In this document: positions 46,588-56,931 of the stretch, in pieces
How the letters are laid out: every line of letters starts with the position of its first letter
Position numbering within the stretch: position 1 is the stretch's first letter
NCBI GenBank assembly: GCA_934486895.1
Contig: CAKSQZ010000005.1
Location: 5,147 to 69,146, forward strand
Direction of reading: 5' to 3'
DNA: 64,000 bases
Source: an uncultured Eubacteriales bacterium
GTDB lineage: Bacteria > Bacillota > Clostridia > Oscillospirales > Acutalibacteraceae
Translations under genes and position numbers: made by a program
Notes under the pieces: model-generated
Databases searched by the model: none
Seen by the model: the letters and a program-made list of their open reading frames with translations, nothing else
What the model was told of the DNA's origin: nothing

Positions 46588-47505
46588 TTATTTAACCATG
46601 CTTGCAACTTCTGCAGCAAAGTCGTCTGCCTTCTTCTCAAGGCCCTCGCCCTTTTCAAAGCGAGTGAAGCCGAGGATCTTGATGTCTGCGCCGAGATCCT
46701 TTGCGACCTTAGCAACATACTTGGCAACGGTATAGTCGCCGTCCTTTACAAATTCCTGATCAACGAGGCAGTTCTCTTTATAATACTTGCCGATCTTACC
46801 TTCAACGATCTTAGCAAGAACCTGCTCGGGCTTGTTAGCCATCTTAGGATCTTCCTTCATCTGAGCAACAAGGATCTCCTTTTCCTTCTCGAGGACTTCA
46901 GCCGGAACGGAAGCTTCATCGAGATAGGACGGATAAGCTGCTGCAACCTGCATTGCAACATCGTTTGCCATAGCCTTGAACTCATCGGAATCAGCGTTTG
47001 CGTTGGTCTCAAACTGAACCATAACGCCGATCTTGCCGCCCATGTGGATATAGGAAGCGACAACGCCTTCGTAAACTGCGAAACGGCGAACCTTGATATT
47101 CTCGCCGATAACAAGAACTTTCTCTCTTACAGCCTCAGCTACTGTGAGCTCTTCGCCGGAGATCTTTGTCTCAAGAAGAGCGTCGAGGTCAGCCGGCTTA
47201 TTCTCGGCAACAGTCTTAGCGACCTGCTCTGCGAACGCCTTAAACTCATCGGTCTTGCCGACAAAGTCAGTCTCGCAGTTGACTTCAACCATTGCTGTTA
47301 CACCGTTTGCGGTGTATGTTGTTACGATACCTTCTGCGGCAGCTCTGCCCGACTTCTTCTCAGCAGCGGCAAGGCCTTTCTCACGCAGAAAATCGATAGC
47401 GGCGTTCATATCGCCGTCAGAAGCGACAAGCGCTTTTTTGCAGTCCATCATACCGCAGCCTGTTTTCTCTCTGAGGGCTACGACATCTTTAGCGGTAAAT
47501 GCCAT
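46588..47505 (-). CDS. tsf: Elongation factor Ts
   Basis: MAFTAKDVVALREKTGCGMMDCKKAL... Start trimmed from the ORF track. Confidence 0.95.
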   Translation of the reverse strand: MAFTAKDVVALREKTGCGMMDCKKALVASDGDMNAAIDFLREKGLAAAEKKSGRAAAEGIVTTYTANGVTAMVEVNCETDFVGKTDEFKAFAEQVAKTVAENKPADLDALLETKISGEELTVAEAVREKVLVIGENIKVRRFAVYEGVVASYIHMGGKIGVMVQFETNANADSDEFKAMANDVAMQVAAAYPSYLDEASVPAEVLEKEKEILVAQMKEDPKMANKPEQVLAKIVEGKIGKYYKENCLVDQEFVKDGDYTVAKYVAKVAKDLGADIKILGFTRFEKGEGLEKKADDFAAEVASMVK

Positions 47506-47536
47506 TATAAATCTTCCTTTCGCTATATATCTGAAA

Positions 47537-48271
47537 TTATTCTGCAGCGGCTTCCTCAGCAACTTCTTCCTGAGCTGCTGCGCCCTGCTGACCCTGTCTG
47601 CCTTCGATAACAGCTTCCGCCATTGTGTGGGCGATCAGCTTAACGGCACGGATAGCGTCATCATTACCGGGGATAACATAATCGATCTCGTCCGGATCGC
47701 AGTTGGTATCAACGATAGCAACGATCGGAATACCGAGCTTCTGAGCTTCCATAACTGCGATATGCTCTTTCTTCGGGTCAACGATGAAGAGCGCGCCCGG
47801 CAGTCTCTTCATGCCCTTGATACCGCCGATGAATTTCTCAAGTTTTTCGATCTCGCCGTTGAGCTTGATAACTTCCTTTTTCGGAAGAAGCTCAAATGTG
47901 CCGTCTTCCTCCATCTTGCGGAGCTGAGCCAGACGATCGATTCTCTTTCTGATTGTTCTGAAGTTAGTCATCATGCCGCCGAGCCATCTTGCGTTGACAA
48001 ACGGCATATCGCAATACTCAGCCTCTTCCTTGATGGAATCCTGAGCCTGCTTTTTCGTACCGACGAAAAGGATATCCTTGCCCTCAGCCGAAAGATCGCG
48101 GACGACTGCATAAGCTTCCTCGAGCTTCTTAACTGTCTTCTGGAGATCGATGATATAGATACCGTTTCTCTCTGTGAAGATGTAGCGAGCCATTTTCGGG
48201 TTCCAGCGTCTTGTCTGGTGGCCGAAGTGCACGCCTGCTTCCAGCAGCTGCTTCATTGAAATTACTGACAT
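47537..48271 (-). CDS. rpsB: 30S ribosomal protein S2
   Basis: [27 protein letters not shown]... Start trimmed, with a GGAGG RBS. Confidence 0.95.
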   Translation of the reverse strand: MSVISMKQLLEAGVHFGHQTRRWNPKMARYIFTERNGIYIIDLQKTVKKLEEAYAVVRDLSAEGKDILFVGTKKQAQDSIKEEAEYCDMPFVNARWLGGMMTNFRTIRKRIDRLAQLRKMEEDGTFELLPKKEVIKLNGEIEKLEKFIGGIKGMKRLPGALFIVDPKKEHIAVMEAQKLGIPIVAIVDTNCDPDEIDYVIPGNDDAIRAVKLIAHTMAEAVIEGRQGQQGAAAQEEVAEEAAAE

Positions 48272-48383
48272 TGTTTTTTCCTCCGTTGAATAAAAGTTTT
48301 GTCCCTCCGCCACGGTCATCCCCATGCGCCACCGAAAACGGCAACCGACGCATAAGTCACGAAGCGTGCGTATTGACCGTAAT

Positions 48384-48412
48384 AGTATATCACAGTAAAA
48401 ATATTTTTGCAA
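48384..48412 (-). promoter_or_regulatory. Promoter TTGCAA-17-TATACT for rpsB-tsf (~105-nt leader)
   Basis: rc of 48407-48412 is TTGCAA, rc of 48384-48389 is TATACT. Confidence 0.6.
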
Positions 48413-48516
48413 GAGTTTTTTTGAAAAAAGTCCCGCTTTTTCGGTTTTACGCCGTTTTGCCTAAAAAGACGCTTTAAAAATGACATCGGCAGTGCATATT
48501 TTTTTGTTTTAATCGA

Positions 48517-48545
48517 TTGACACGGCGCAGATTATATAATATAAT
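48517..48545 (+). promoter_or_regulatory. Promoter TTGACA-17-TATAAT for the pur operon
   Basis: TTGACA at 48517-48522, TATAAT at 48540-48545. Confidence 0.6.
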
Positions 48546-48551
48546 GTAACT

Positions 48552-48673
48552 ATCCCACGGAAAAAAGGAGCTGGAGTTATGTCGGAGAACAAAGTGTTGT
48601 GCAATTTCGATGGCATGACTGCACCTTTATCCGTATAGTTTCGCTCCCATTTCGGGGGCTTTTTCGTTTTTTT
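48552..48673 (+). promoter_or_regulatory. pur operon leader: an SD-preceded 19-codon uORF (48579-48638) ending 5 nt before an intrinsic terminator (48643-48673)
   Basis: AAGGAG-N9-ATG, uORF MSENKVLCNFDGMTAPLSV*, then GCTCCC/GGGGGC hairpin followed by TTTTTCGTTTTTTT, then the purC RBS. Confidence 0.45.
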
Positions 48674-48695
48674 ACACTGAAAGGAGAGTATCGCT

Positions 48696-49409
48696 ATGAA
48701 GAAAACAGGACTATTGTATGAGGGTAAGGCCAAAAAGGTTTACGACACCGACGCCGACGGAATCGTTATTGTTGACTACAAGGACGATGCAACCGCATTC
48801 AACGGTGAGAAAAAAGGTACAATTGTCGGAAAGGGCGTTGTGAACAACAGAATGTCCAACTTTATGTTCAAGATTATGGAGAGCCACGGTATTCCGACTC
48901 ATCTTGTCGAAGAACTGAGCGACCGTGAAACAGCTGTTAAAAAGGTCGAGATCGTGCCGGTAGAGGTTATTGTTCGCAACATTGCGGCGGGGTCACTCGC
49001 GAAAAGACTCGGTCTTGAAGAAGGCACGCCGCTTAAGTCTCCGGTGCTCGAATTCTGCTACAAAAACGACGAACTAGGCGATCCGATGATAAACATTTCG
49101 CATGCTGTTGCTATCGGTATTGCCACAAAAGCAGAGCTTGACGAGATCGCGCAGTATGCCTACAAGGTAAATGATATTATGGTCGATTATTTTAAGACTG
49201 TAGGCGTTATTCTTGTCGACTTCAAGATAGAGTTCGGCAGAGACAGTGGCGGCAAGATCATTCTTGCAGACGAGATCTCGCCCGATACGTGCCGTTTCTG
49301 GGACGCAAAGACGCTCGAAAAGCTTGATAAAGACCGTTTCCGCAGAGATATGGGCGGTGTTGAAGAGGCGTATGCAGAAATGATGAAGAGACTCGGTCTC
49401 GACAAATAA
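48696..49409 (+). CDS. purC: Phosphoribosylaminoimidazole-succinocarboxamide synthase
   Basis: [10 protein letters not shown] start and full-length SAICAR synthase pattern. Confidence 0.95.
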   Translation: MKKTGLLYEGKAKKVYDTDADGIVIVDYKDDATAFNGEKKGTIVGKGVVNNRMSNFMFKIMESHGIPTHLVEELSDRETAVKKVEIVPVEVIVRNIAAGSLAKRLGLEEGTPLKSPVLEFCYKNDELGDPMINISHAVAIGIATKAELDEIAQYAYKVNDIMVDYFKTVGVILVDFKIEFGRDSGGKIILADEISPDTCRFWDAKTLEKLDKDRFRRDMGGVEEAYAEMMKRLGLDK

Positions 49410-49421
49410 GAAGGAGCCGCT

Positions 49422-50822
49422 ATGGGAATACATGAAGAATGCGGCGTTTTCGGCGCTTATGATCCGTCCGGCGCAGATGTGAGCCGGCTTATCGCTTACG
49501 GGCTTATCGCTCTGCAGCACAGAGGGCAGGAAAGCTGCGGTATTGCCGTGACGAGGGAGCGGTGCGTTAAATACTACAAAGATCTCGGCGTAGTTGCCGA
49601 GGTGCTTTCGGACAAGCATTTGCGCGAGCTTGACGGCAATATGGGCATCGGGCATGTGAGATATTCGACTCACGGGTCCTCCACCCGAGAAAATGCTCAG
49701 CCGCTCGTTATGCGTTATAAAAAAGGCACGCTTTCGATAGCTCACAACGGCAACCTTTCAAATGCCGACGAGCTGGCAAGCGAGCTTGAAAACACAGGCG
49801 CTGTTTTTCAGACGACCACCGATTCGGAGACGATCGCTTACCTTATTGCAAAGGAACGAATTTTCTGCGACAGTGCGGAAGAGGCTGTGAGAAGAGCCTC
49901 GAAAAAACTCAAAGGCTCATTCTCACTTTTGGTAATGAGTCCGCAAAAGCTGATCGCCGCAAGAGATCCTTACGGATTTCGTCCGCTTTGCATAGGCAAA
50001 CTCGACACGGCTTATATTGTAGCTTCAGAGACCTGTGCGCTTGACGCTGTGGGTGCTGATTTTATCAGAGATGTTCAGCCGGGTGAGATCATCAAGATAG
50101 ATGAAAACGGGCTTGCCGTTGTAAGTCTTGATCCTGTCGAAAAGAAGTCTCCGTGCATTTTTGAATACATTTATTTTGCAAGATCCGATTCGATCATCGA
50201 CGGTGTCAGCGTTTTGCGTTCAAGAAAGAAAGCAGGCGAGCTGCTTGCAAAACAGCATCCTGTTGACGCGGATGTTATAATAGGAGTGCCCGATTCAGGG
50301 CTTGACGCCGCTGTGGGATACTCGAAACAAAGCGGCATTCCGAACGAACGCGGGTTTATTAAAAACAGCTATGTCGGCCGCTCGTTTATCAAGCCGACAC
50401 AGTCGGAACGTTCGGTCGCGGTCAAGCTGAAGATGAATCCGCTTTCCGATGTTGTGAGCGGCAAGCGGGTTGTTATGATAGACGATTCGATCGTGCGCGG
50501 CACGACAAGCGCAAAGACAGTGCAGATGCTTCGCGACGCAGGTGCAACAGAAGTGCATATGCGTATTGCATCCCCGCCGTTTTTGTGGCCGTGTTATTTC
50601 GGCACCGACATTCCAGACAGGCAGAATCTGATCGCAGTCGGCCGCACTGCCGAAGAAATAGGAAAAATGCTTGGCGCGGATTCGCTCGGATATCTTGATC
50701 CGAATACGCTCGGCGAGCTTATCGGCAGCGATGAATACTGCCGTGCCTGCTTCACGGGTGTGTATCCGTATTATATCGACGAAGAACACAATGAAAATCC
50801 CAAAAAGGACGGTTTGAAATGA
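49422..50822 (+). CDS. purF: Amidophosphoribosyltransferase
   Basis: N-terminal ...EECGVFG Ntn-Cys, PRPP motif VVMIDDSIVRGTT, C-terminal Fe-S Cys residues. Confidence 0.95.
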   Translation: MGIHEECGVFGAYDPSGADVSRLIAYGLIALQHRGQESCGIAVTRERCVKYYKDLGVVAEVLSDKHLRELDGNMGIGHVRYSTHGSSTRENAQPLVMRYKKGTLSIAHNGNLSNADELASELENTGAVFQTTTDSETIAYLIAKERIFCDSAEEAVRRASKKLKGSFSLLVMSPQKLIAARDPYGFRPLCIGKLDTAYIVASETCALDAVGADFIRDVQPGEIIKIDENGLAVVSLDPVEKKSPCIFEYIYFARSDSIIDGVSVLRSRKKAGELLAKQHPVDADVIIGVPDSGLDAAVGYSKQSGIPNERGFIKNSYVGRSFIKPTQSERSVAVKLKMNPLSDVVSGKRVVMIDDSIVRGTTSAKTVQMLRDAGATEVHMRIASPPFLWPCYFGTDIPDRQNLIAVGRTAEEIGKMLGADSLGYLDPNTLGELIGSDEYCRACFTGVYPYYIDEEHNENPKKDGLK

Positions 50823-52246
50823 AAAATACCTACGAAAGTCCGCTTTGCTCACGCTATGCGAGCAAGGAGATGCAGTATATTTTCTCGCCCGATATGAAGT
50901 TTACAACATGGAGACGGCTCTGGATAGCGCTTGCCGAGACAGAAAAGGCGCTTGGACTTGATATTACAGACGAACAGATCGCAGAGCTTAAAGCGCATGA
51001 GACCGACATCGACTATGAAAAGGCGGCTATGTATGAAAAAGAGTGCCGCCATGATGTTATGTCGCACATCAAGGCTTACGGCGATCAGTGTCCGAATGCC
51101 GCCGGCAAGATCCATCTCGGCGCAACCTCGTGCTATGTCGGCGACAACACCGACATTATTATAATGAGAAGTGCGCTTGAGCTTATACGGGACAAGCTGC
51201 TCACAGCTATAAAGCAGATCTCTGCTTTTGCAAAACAATATAAAGACACGCCTACTCTTGCGTTTACTCATTTCCAGCCCGCCCAACCGACAACTGTCGG
51301 CAAGCGCGCGACGCTTTGGGCACATGATCTTCTGCTCGATTTAGAGGAGCTTGAGTTCACGCTCTCTTCTCTAAAAATGCTCGGCTCAAAAGGCACGACA
51401 GGCACTCAGGCAAGCTTCATGGAACTGTTTGACAACGACTACGAAAAGGTCAAAAAAGCCGACAGGATGATAGCCGAGAAAATGGGCTTTGATAAGACTT
51501 ACCCTGTTTCGGGACAGACTTATTCGAGAAAGGTGGATTCGAGAGTGCTCGGCTGTCTTTCGGCGATAGCGCAGTCGGCTCATAAGTTCAGCAACGATAT
51601 CCGCCTGCTTCAGCATCTGAAAGAGGTTGAAGAGCCTTTTGAAAAGGGTCAGGTAGGATCTTCGGCAATGGCTTACAAACGAAATCCGATGAGAAGCGAA
51701 CGCATCGCTTCCCTTTCGAGATACATTATGATCGATGCCCTTAACCCTGCTGTGACAGCGTCCGAACAATGGTTCGAACGCACTCTGGACGATTCGGCAA
51801 ACAAGCGTATTTCCGTTGCGGAAGCTTTTCTCGCAACAGATGCGGTGCTTAATCTTGTTATAAATGTGTCGGGCGGTCTTGTGGTTTACGACAAGGTTAT
51901 TGAAAGCCGCCTTACTGCGGAACTGCCGTTTATGGCGACCGAGAATTTCCTTATGGACGCTGTTAAACGAGGCGGCAACAGGCAGGAGCTGCATGAGCGT
52001 ATCCGCCGCCATTCCATGGCTGCCGCCGAGCAGATCAAGACCTACGGCAAGCCCAACGATCTGCTTGAACGCATTGCAAACGATCCTGCTTTCGGCGTGA
52101 CGCTCGATGAGCTTAAAGCTATTATGAAGCCCGAAAATTACACAGGTGCCGCGGCTTTACAGGTTGACGATTTCATTGAAAACACAGTAAAGCCGACTTT
52201 ATCTGAATACAACATTCCGGACATTGTCGCTGAGATAAATGTCTGA
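50819..52246 (+). CDS. purB: Adenylosuccinate lyase
   Basis: Fumarate-lyase signature [15 protein letters not shown] overlap with purF. Confidence 0.95.
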   Translation: MKNTYESPLCSRYASKEMQYIFSPDMKFTTWRRLWIALAETEKALGLDITDEQIAELKAHETDIDYEKAAMYEKECRHDVMSHIKAYGDQCPNAAGKIHLGATSCYVGDNTDIIIMRSALELIRDKLLTAIKQISAFAKQYKDTPTLAFTHFQPAQPTTVGKRATLWAHDLLLDLEELEFTLSSLKMLGSKGTTGTQASFMELFDNDYEKVKKADRMIAEKMGFDKTYPVSGQTYSRKVDSRVLGCLSAIAQSAHKFSNDIRLLQHLKEVEEPFEKGQVGSSAMAYKRNPMRSERIASLSRYIMIDALNPAVTASEQWFERTLDDSANKRISVAEAFLATDAVLNLVINVSGGLVVYDKVIESRLTAELPFMATENFLMDAVKRGGNRQELHERIRRHSMAAAEQIKTYGKPNDLLERIANDPAFGVTLDELKAIMKPENYTGAAALQVDDFIENTVKPTLSEYNIPDIVAEINV

Positions 52247-52262
52247 TAACACGGAGGAGAGC

Positions 52263-53801
52263 ATGAATAAGGAAACAGTTATCGTTCTCGATTTCGGCGG
52301 TCAGTATAACCAGCTTATTGCCCGCAGAGTCAGAGAAAACGATGTTTACTGCGAAATAATTCCCTATACTGCAGGTGTTGAACGCATTAAGGAACTCAAT
52401 CCTAAGGGCATTATTTTCACAGGCGGTCCGAACAGTGTTTATGACCCTGCTTCACCGCATATCGGAAAAGAAATCTTTGAGCTTAATATTCCGATACTCG
52501 GCATTTGCTACGGTTGTCAGCTTATGGCGTATACACTCGGCGGAACAGTTTCGCCCGCATCGGATGCAACTGCCAGAGAATACGGCAAAACCGAGACAGA
52601 ATACGATCGAACTTCCCTTTTGTGTGACGAAGAAAAAGGCATTTCGTGGATGAGCCCCGGCGACTATATAAGCTGTCCGCCTGAGGGATTCAGGATCACT
52701 GCGACTACTGCTGTTTGCCCTGTTGCGGCTATGGAAGATCCCGAACGCCGGTTCTACGGAGTTCAGTTCCACCCCGAAGTAAATCACACGCAGTACGGCA
52801 AGCAGATGCTTCGCTCGTTCTTATATAATGTGTGCGGCTGCAAGGGCGAATGGAAGATGGAAAGCTTTATTGAAACAACTGTTCAGCAGATCCGCGATGA
52901 GATCGGCGACAGCGGAGTTGTACTCGGTCTTTCGGGCGGTGTTGATTCGTCGGTTGCCGCGGCACTTATTTCGCGTGCTGTCGGAAAACAGCTCACCTGC
53001 GTGTTTGTTGATCAGGGGCTCATGAGAAAAGACGAAGGCGATTTTGTTGAGCAGACATTCACAAAGCTGTTTGATATGAATTTTGTAAGAGTCAACTGTG
53101 CCGATGTTTTTTACGAAAAACTCAAGGGCGTTACCGACCCTGAGGATAAGCGTCACATTATCGGAACTGAATTTTATAAAGTTTTTTCCGAAAAGATCAA
53201 GGAAAACTACGGCGACGGTTTCTTCGCTCAGGGCACGATCTATCCCGACCGCATTGAAAGCGGTAAAGGCGACGCCGCTACGATAAAGACTCATCACAAC
53301 CAGGTCAAAATCACCGATGAGGTCAACTTTAAAGGCGTTATTGAACCGCTTAAAGATTTATTTAAGGACGAGGTGCGCAAAGTCGGCGAAATGCTTGGTC
53401 TGCCGCACGAGCTTGTTTGGCGTCAGCCGTTCCCAGGTCCCGGTCTCGGAGTCCGGATAATCGGCGAAGTCAATGCTCAGCGTGTGCATATTCTGCAGGA
53501 GGCGGACGCTGTTTTGCGCGATGAGATGGCATCCTGCGGTTATGAGTCGCAAATGAGCCAGTTTTTTGCTGTTTTGCCGGGAGTTAAGACTGTCGGTGTT
53601 ATGGGTGATGCGCGCACTTATGACGAGCTGATCGCGATCCGCGCAGTCACGACCGATGATTTTATGACTGCCGATTGGGCGCAGATCCCGTATGAAATAC
53701 TGGGTCGCGTATCTAACCGCATCATCAACGAAGTCGATCATGTAAACCGCGTTGTCTACGATATCACTTCAAAGCCCCCCGGAACCGTCGAGTGGGAGTG
53801 A
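52263..53801 (+). CDS. guaA: GMP synthase (glutamine-hydrolysing)
   Basis: GATase GICYGCQ, QFHPEV, PP-loop SGGVDSS, C-terminal ...PPGTVEWE. Start trimmed to [12 protein letters not shown]. Confidence 0.95.
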   Translation: MNKETVIVLDFGGQYNQLIARRVRENDVYCEIIPYTAGVERIKELNPKGIIFTGGPNSVYDPASPHIGKEIFELNIPILGICYGCQLMAYTLGGTVSPASDATAREYGKTETEYDRTSLLCDEEKGISWMSPGDYISCPPEGFRITATTAVCPVAAMEDPERRFYGVQFHPEVNHTQYGKQMLRSFLYNVCGCKGEWKMESFIETTVQQIRDEIGDSGVVLGLSGGVDSSVAAALISRAVGKQLTCVFVDQGLMRKDEGDFVEQTFTKLFDMNFVRVNCADVFYEKLKGVTDPEDKRHIIGTEFYKVFSEKIKENYGDGFFAQGTIYPDRIESGKGDAATIKTHHNQVKITDEVNFKGVIEPLKDLFKDEVRKVGEMLGLPHELVWRQPFPGPGLGVRIIGEVNAQRVHILQEADAVLRDEMASCGYESQMSQFFAVLPGVKTVGVMGDARTYDELIAIRAVTTDDFMTADWAQIPYEILGRVSNRIINEVDHVNRVVYDITSKPPGTVEWE

Positions 53802-54055
53802 TGCCCCTTGGTTTAGATGTGCCGGAAAACCCTTTATTTAAAGGGTTTCGGGACATGGCACTTTTTGAACAACCGTTTTTGCAACTCTTTTGCAACAGAT
53901 GAAATAGTCCCCGTTGGCTTTGGGCTAAACCTAAAAATCGCATAAAAATTAAGACTTTTGCCCCAAACAGGGCAGAAGCCTTTTTTGCATATTTGATACT
54001 GCTTTTTTCTTCTTGTATCATTATATTTAGAAAGAAGGACTTGGAGGTAAATATC

Positions 54056-54235
54056 GTGAGAGAAGATAAGTATCATATATATTTAAGTGCTGAAGAACGC
54101 AATCGTATTATCGCATCTCTTGTAAGCTTAAAAAACTAATTGATTGAACAAGGCAGATACACCGACGCAGTTGATGATGTTTTGTTCAAAGTCTTAAAAA
54201 CAAAAAGAAAGAAAATTAAAATTGAATATGTGTAA
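54056..54235 (+). pseudogene. 59-codon small ORF interrupted by one in-frame TAA (54137-54139)
   Basis: GGAGG-N8-GTG. Translation VREDKYHIYLSAEERNRIIASLVSLKN * LIEQGRYTDAVDDVLFKVLKTKRKKIKIEYV *, followed by a terminator. Confidence 0.35.
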
Positions 54236-54244
54236 AAGGCATTT

Positions 54245-54282
54245 AGCCGTCTGTTCCATAACCGGAGCAGGCGGCTTTTTTA
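54245..54282 (+). terminator. Rho-independent terminator after the interrupted small ORF
   Basis: AGCCGTCTG/CAGGCGGCT stem followed by TTTTTT. Confidence 0.65.
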
Positions 54283-54654
54283 TTATTTTCAAAAAAGTTG
54301 AAAAAAATTTGCTCAGAGGGGGTACAAAATGTCTCTCCCTGTTCAAACAAGTGAAGGGGTTAATTCCGAACCACAAAATCGGAAGCCTTTCATTTGAACT
54401 TTGAAAACTGAATACACAGGTCACTAAGACTTTATTTCTGATGATAGCTACCATAAAGAACGCCACGACGAATCAATCGACGTAGCGTTAAAAACTGCTT
54501 GACTATTCTTTTCAATACCGATTATCTCGCAAGCTATTCAAATCCGTCTGTATCTTCATATAAATAACACCGCAAAAGATAAGTGGAGAGCGTCAAAACT
54601 TATCGGACTTACTTATTATTAACTTTAATCAATGCCTAAAATTGTCGATTTATC

Positions 54655-54683
54655 TTGACAAAGCGGATATATCAAAGTATAAT
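54655..54683 (+). promoter_or_regulatory. Consensus promoter TTGACA-17-TATAAT
   Basis: TTGACA at 54655-54660, TATAAT at 54678-54683. Confidence 0.65.
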
Positions 54684-54712
54684 TGAATAAGATAATATTA
54701 GGAGGTTTTTTT

Positions 54713-55345
54713 ATGTCATCTATAATCCCTAACGGCTATGGCTACGACTATGGCTACAACGGTATCGGCTCTTCCGCAACTGTTGTAATAGTCCTCACAG
54801 CTGTTGCAGCAGTCCTTGCAATCGCAGTTACCGTGCTCGCGTTCATCTTCATCGTTCCCGAGAAGCGCCGCGAAAAGCTCAACGCTTTCGGCAAATTTCT
54901 GCACGACACCTGCAACTTCAAGTATCTTCTTGTTGAGAAAATTCTTCAGGTGCTCTACATATTTGCGACTGCGTTCACAATTCTTCTCGGCTTCTTTTCA
55001 CTGTTCCGAGCTGAGTTCCTTACAGGTCTCGGAATGATGATAGTCGGACCGATCGCTATTCGTCTGGTTTACGAGATGTTTATGATGGTTATTCTTCTTC
55101 TCAAAAACGTCATCATGATCAACAAAAAGCTGAAAAATCAGAACGATACGCCTGACCGTTCGGCTGATGTTTTTGCAGCTCCCGATCTGAGTGAAGTTCA
55201 GCAATCTATCAAGGCTCGCAGAGAAGCCGCACAGGCTCAGCAGCCGGTTCAGCCCGCAGCTCCCGTTCAGCCTGTGGCTCGTTTCTGCCAGAAGTGCGGA
55301 ACATCGCTCGATGAATCAGGCAACTGCCCGAACTGCTCAAAATAA
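54713..55345 (+). CDS. DUF4282-like membrane protein with a C-terminal zinc ribbon
   Basis: Start at MSSIIPNGYGYDY after AGGAGG. Hydrophobic helices are present. C-terminal CQKCG...CPNC. Confidence 0.7.
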   Translation: MSSIIPNGYGYDYGYNGIGSSATVVIVLTAVAAVLAIAVTVLAFIFIVPEKRREKLNAFGKFLHDTCNFKYLLVEKILQVLYIFATAFTILLGFFSLFRAEFLTGLGMMIVGPIAIRLVYEMFMMVILLLKNVIMINKKLKNQNDTPDRSADVFAAPDLSEVQQSIKARREAAQAQQPVQPAAPVQPVARFCQKCGTSLDESGNCPNCSK

Positions 55346-55359
55346 GCTCATTCTTTGCA

Positions 55360-55399
55360 AAATCCCCGCGGTATCAATGATACCGCGGGGATTTTCTTT
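55360..55399. terminator. Bidirectional terminator
   Basis: AAATCCCCGCGGTATC/GATACCGCGGGGATTT stem, then a T-run. Confidence 0.8.
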
Positions 55400-56092
55400 T
55401 TAAAAATCTATTTCGCTCAGCGACGACACAGTGACAGTCGGCGCATTTTCGGGCAATGGTTCGGGCGATAACGGATCGTGCCTATAATAGCAGGTGAGCA
55501 TGCCGTATTGCCTGCCGCCTGCTATATCCGATGAAAGCGAATCGCCTATTATCATGGTATCCTGCGGCAGAACAGGTTCTTTTCTGCCTTCGTTCAATTC
55601 GGCGAAGGCACGATCGAAAAACTCCTTCGACGGCTTCTGTGCACCTATTTTTTCTGAGATGAAAACATGGCTGAAATACTTTGTCATATCGGCGACCTGC
55701 AAGCGATTGAACTGTTGCTCATACGGCCCGTTGCTCGCGGCACAAAGAATGTATTTCTTATGAAGCCGATAGAGCAGATCATAAGCGCCGTTTTCGGGAA
55801 TGGCGCTGTCGAACAGCGATTTTCTGAAATACCGCTCGAATGTCGGTCCGTCAAACTCGATCCCGAGCGCAGAAAAGACATTATTCCACCTTGTTTTTTC
55901 AAGCTGAGAAAAGGTTATTTTGCCCTGCTCTATCATTCGCCATAGCGCATTGTTTTCCCTGTGAAAAACATCGTACATATACGGTTCGTACGGTTTGAGT
56001 CCGAAATGCTCAAAGCCTGTTTTCATGGTATGGCGGACATACTCATCGAAGCTGAGCAATGTGTTGTCGATATCTATAAATACAGCTTTCAT
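55400..56092 (-). CDS. HAD-superfamily hydrolase (YjjG-like nucleotidase subfamily)
   Basis: DIDNT motif I, later SNG... and IGDSLSSD motifs. Confidence 0.85.
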   Translation of the reverse strand: MKAVFIDIDNTLLSFDEYVRHTMKTGFEHFGLKPYEPYMYDVFHRENNALWRMIEQGKITFSQLEKTRWNNVFSALGIEFDGPTFERYFRKSLFDSAIPENGAYDLLYRLHKKYILCAASNGPYEQQFNRLQVADMTKYFSHVFISEKIGAQKPSKEFFDRAFAELNEGRKEPVLPQDTMIIGDSLSSDIAGGRQYGMLTCYYRHDPLSPEPLPENAPTVTVSSLSEIDF

Positions 56093-56817
56093 CCCTGTTC
56101 TCCTTTCGGTTTATCAAGCGCAAAGTGCTCTGAGAAATTTGAAAACAGCGGCTTTATATTGCAGAATCGGTCGATCAGTCTGCCGAAAACGCCGATCAGC
56201 GGCCCGTTGATACACGCCATTATCAGTGTTCCGAAGCCGATGCCCTCGAATTTGCCGAAAAAAAGCAGCGTCATAACCGCGGCGACCGCGAGGCAGGACA
56301 GGTCAAACGATGTCTTGAACACGACAAGCTTCACGCCGAACTTCGAGCTGACGCCTTTTACAAAGAAGTCGTACACCTGCGGATAAAGATATGTTTTATA
56401 AAACACCGCTACCGAAAGCGAAGTCAAAACAACGCCGAGCGCGAACATTAAAAGACGAAGCCACAGCGCCATGCTGCCCGGCTTTGTGACAGTCGGGTCG
56501 AACACGGGGATACACCGCCACAGATCGAGCACTGCGCCGTATAACAGGCAGGTGACGAAAGACGAAAGATAGGCGACTTTGAACCGCCGCATTATCAGAC
56601 AGAAAACAATAAACAGCCCCGCCTGAATGATATATTCCGCCTGCCCGAACGACAAAAAACCGACTTTCAGGCTTAAGAGATATGCCGGCGCGACGATCAT
56701 TGAAACGCCGAAGTTTGCCGCTGTGAGCATCGCGACCGCAAACGACAACAGCACTATCGCCAAGATATAGAGCAGCTCACTCGGCACAGTTATCTTTTTT
56801 AAACTCCGATCGGTCAT
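56089..56817 (-). CDS. Integral membrane protein (YczE/DUF6198-like)
   Basis: Multi-pass hydrophobic ORF. ATGA overlap with the downstream HAD gene. Confidence 0.7.
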   Translation of the reverse strand: MTDRSLKKITVPSELLYILAIVLLSFAVAMLTAANFGVSMIVAPAYLLSLKVGFLSFGQAEYIIQAGLFIVFCLIMRRFKVAYLSSFVTCLLYGAVLDLWRCIPVFDPTVTKPGSMALWLRLLMFALGVVLTSLSVAVFYKTYLYPQVYDFFVKGVSSKFGVKLVVFKTSFDLSCLAVAAVMTLLFFGKFEGIGFGTLIMACINGPLIGVFGRLIDRFCNIKPLFSNFSEHFALDKPKGEQG

Positions 56818-56836
56818 TTTTAACTCCTTTGCTGTT

Positions 56837-56866
56837 AAAAAGCCATACGCCCAAAAGGCGTATGGC
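56837..56866 (-). terminator. Rho-independent terminator
   Basis: GCCATACGCC/GGCGTATGGC stem followed by TTTTT on the minus strand. Confidence 0.7.
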
Positions 56867-56931
56867 GAAAACTGATACTAAATATCACGAAAAATCCATA
56901 CTGATTTTACTCATAAACCGCACCGACTGTA

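Noticed and set aside
48552-48642. Guanine/adenine, ZTP (pfl), PRPP/ykkC-type or T-box assignment for the pur leader
   Set aside because: I could not find the conserved core strings of these classes by eye. The element is left as an unclassified attenuator pending a covariance-model scan.
54290-54440. A truncated rRNA operon or hidden tRNA behind the rRNA-leader-like CTTTGAAAACTGAATA motif
   Set aside because: No 16S 5' sequence (AGAGTTTGATC...) or tRNA cloverleaf follows within the gap. The motif is reported only as an unexplained observation.
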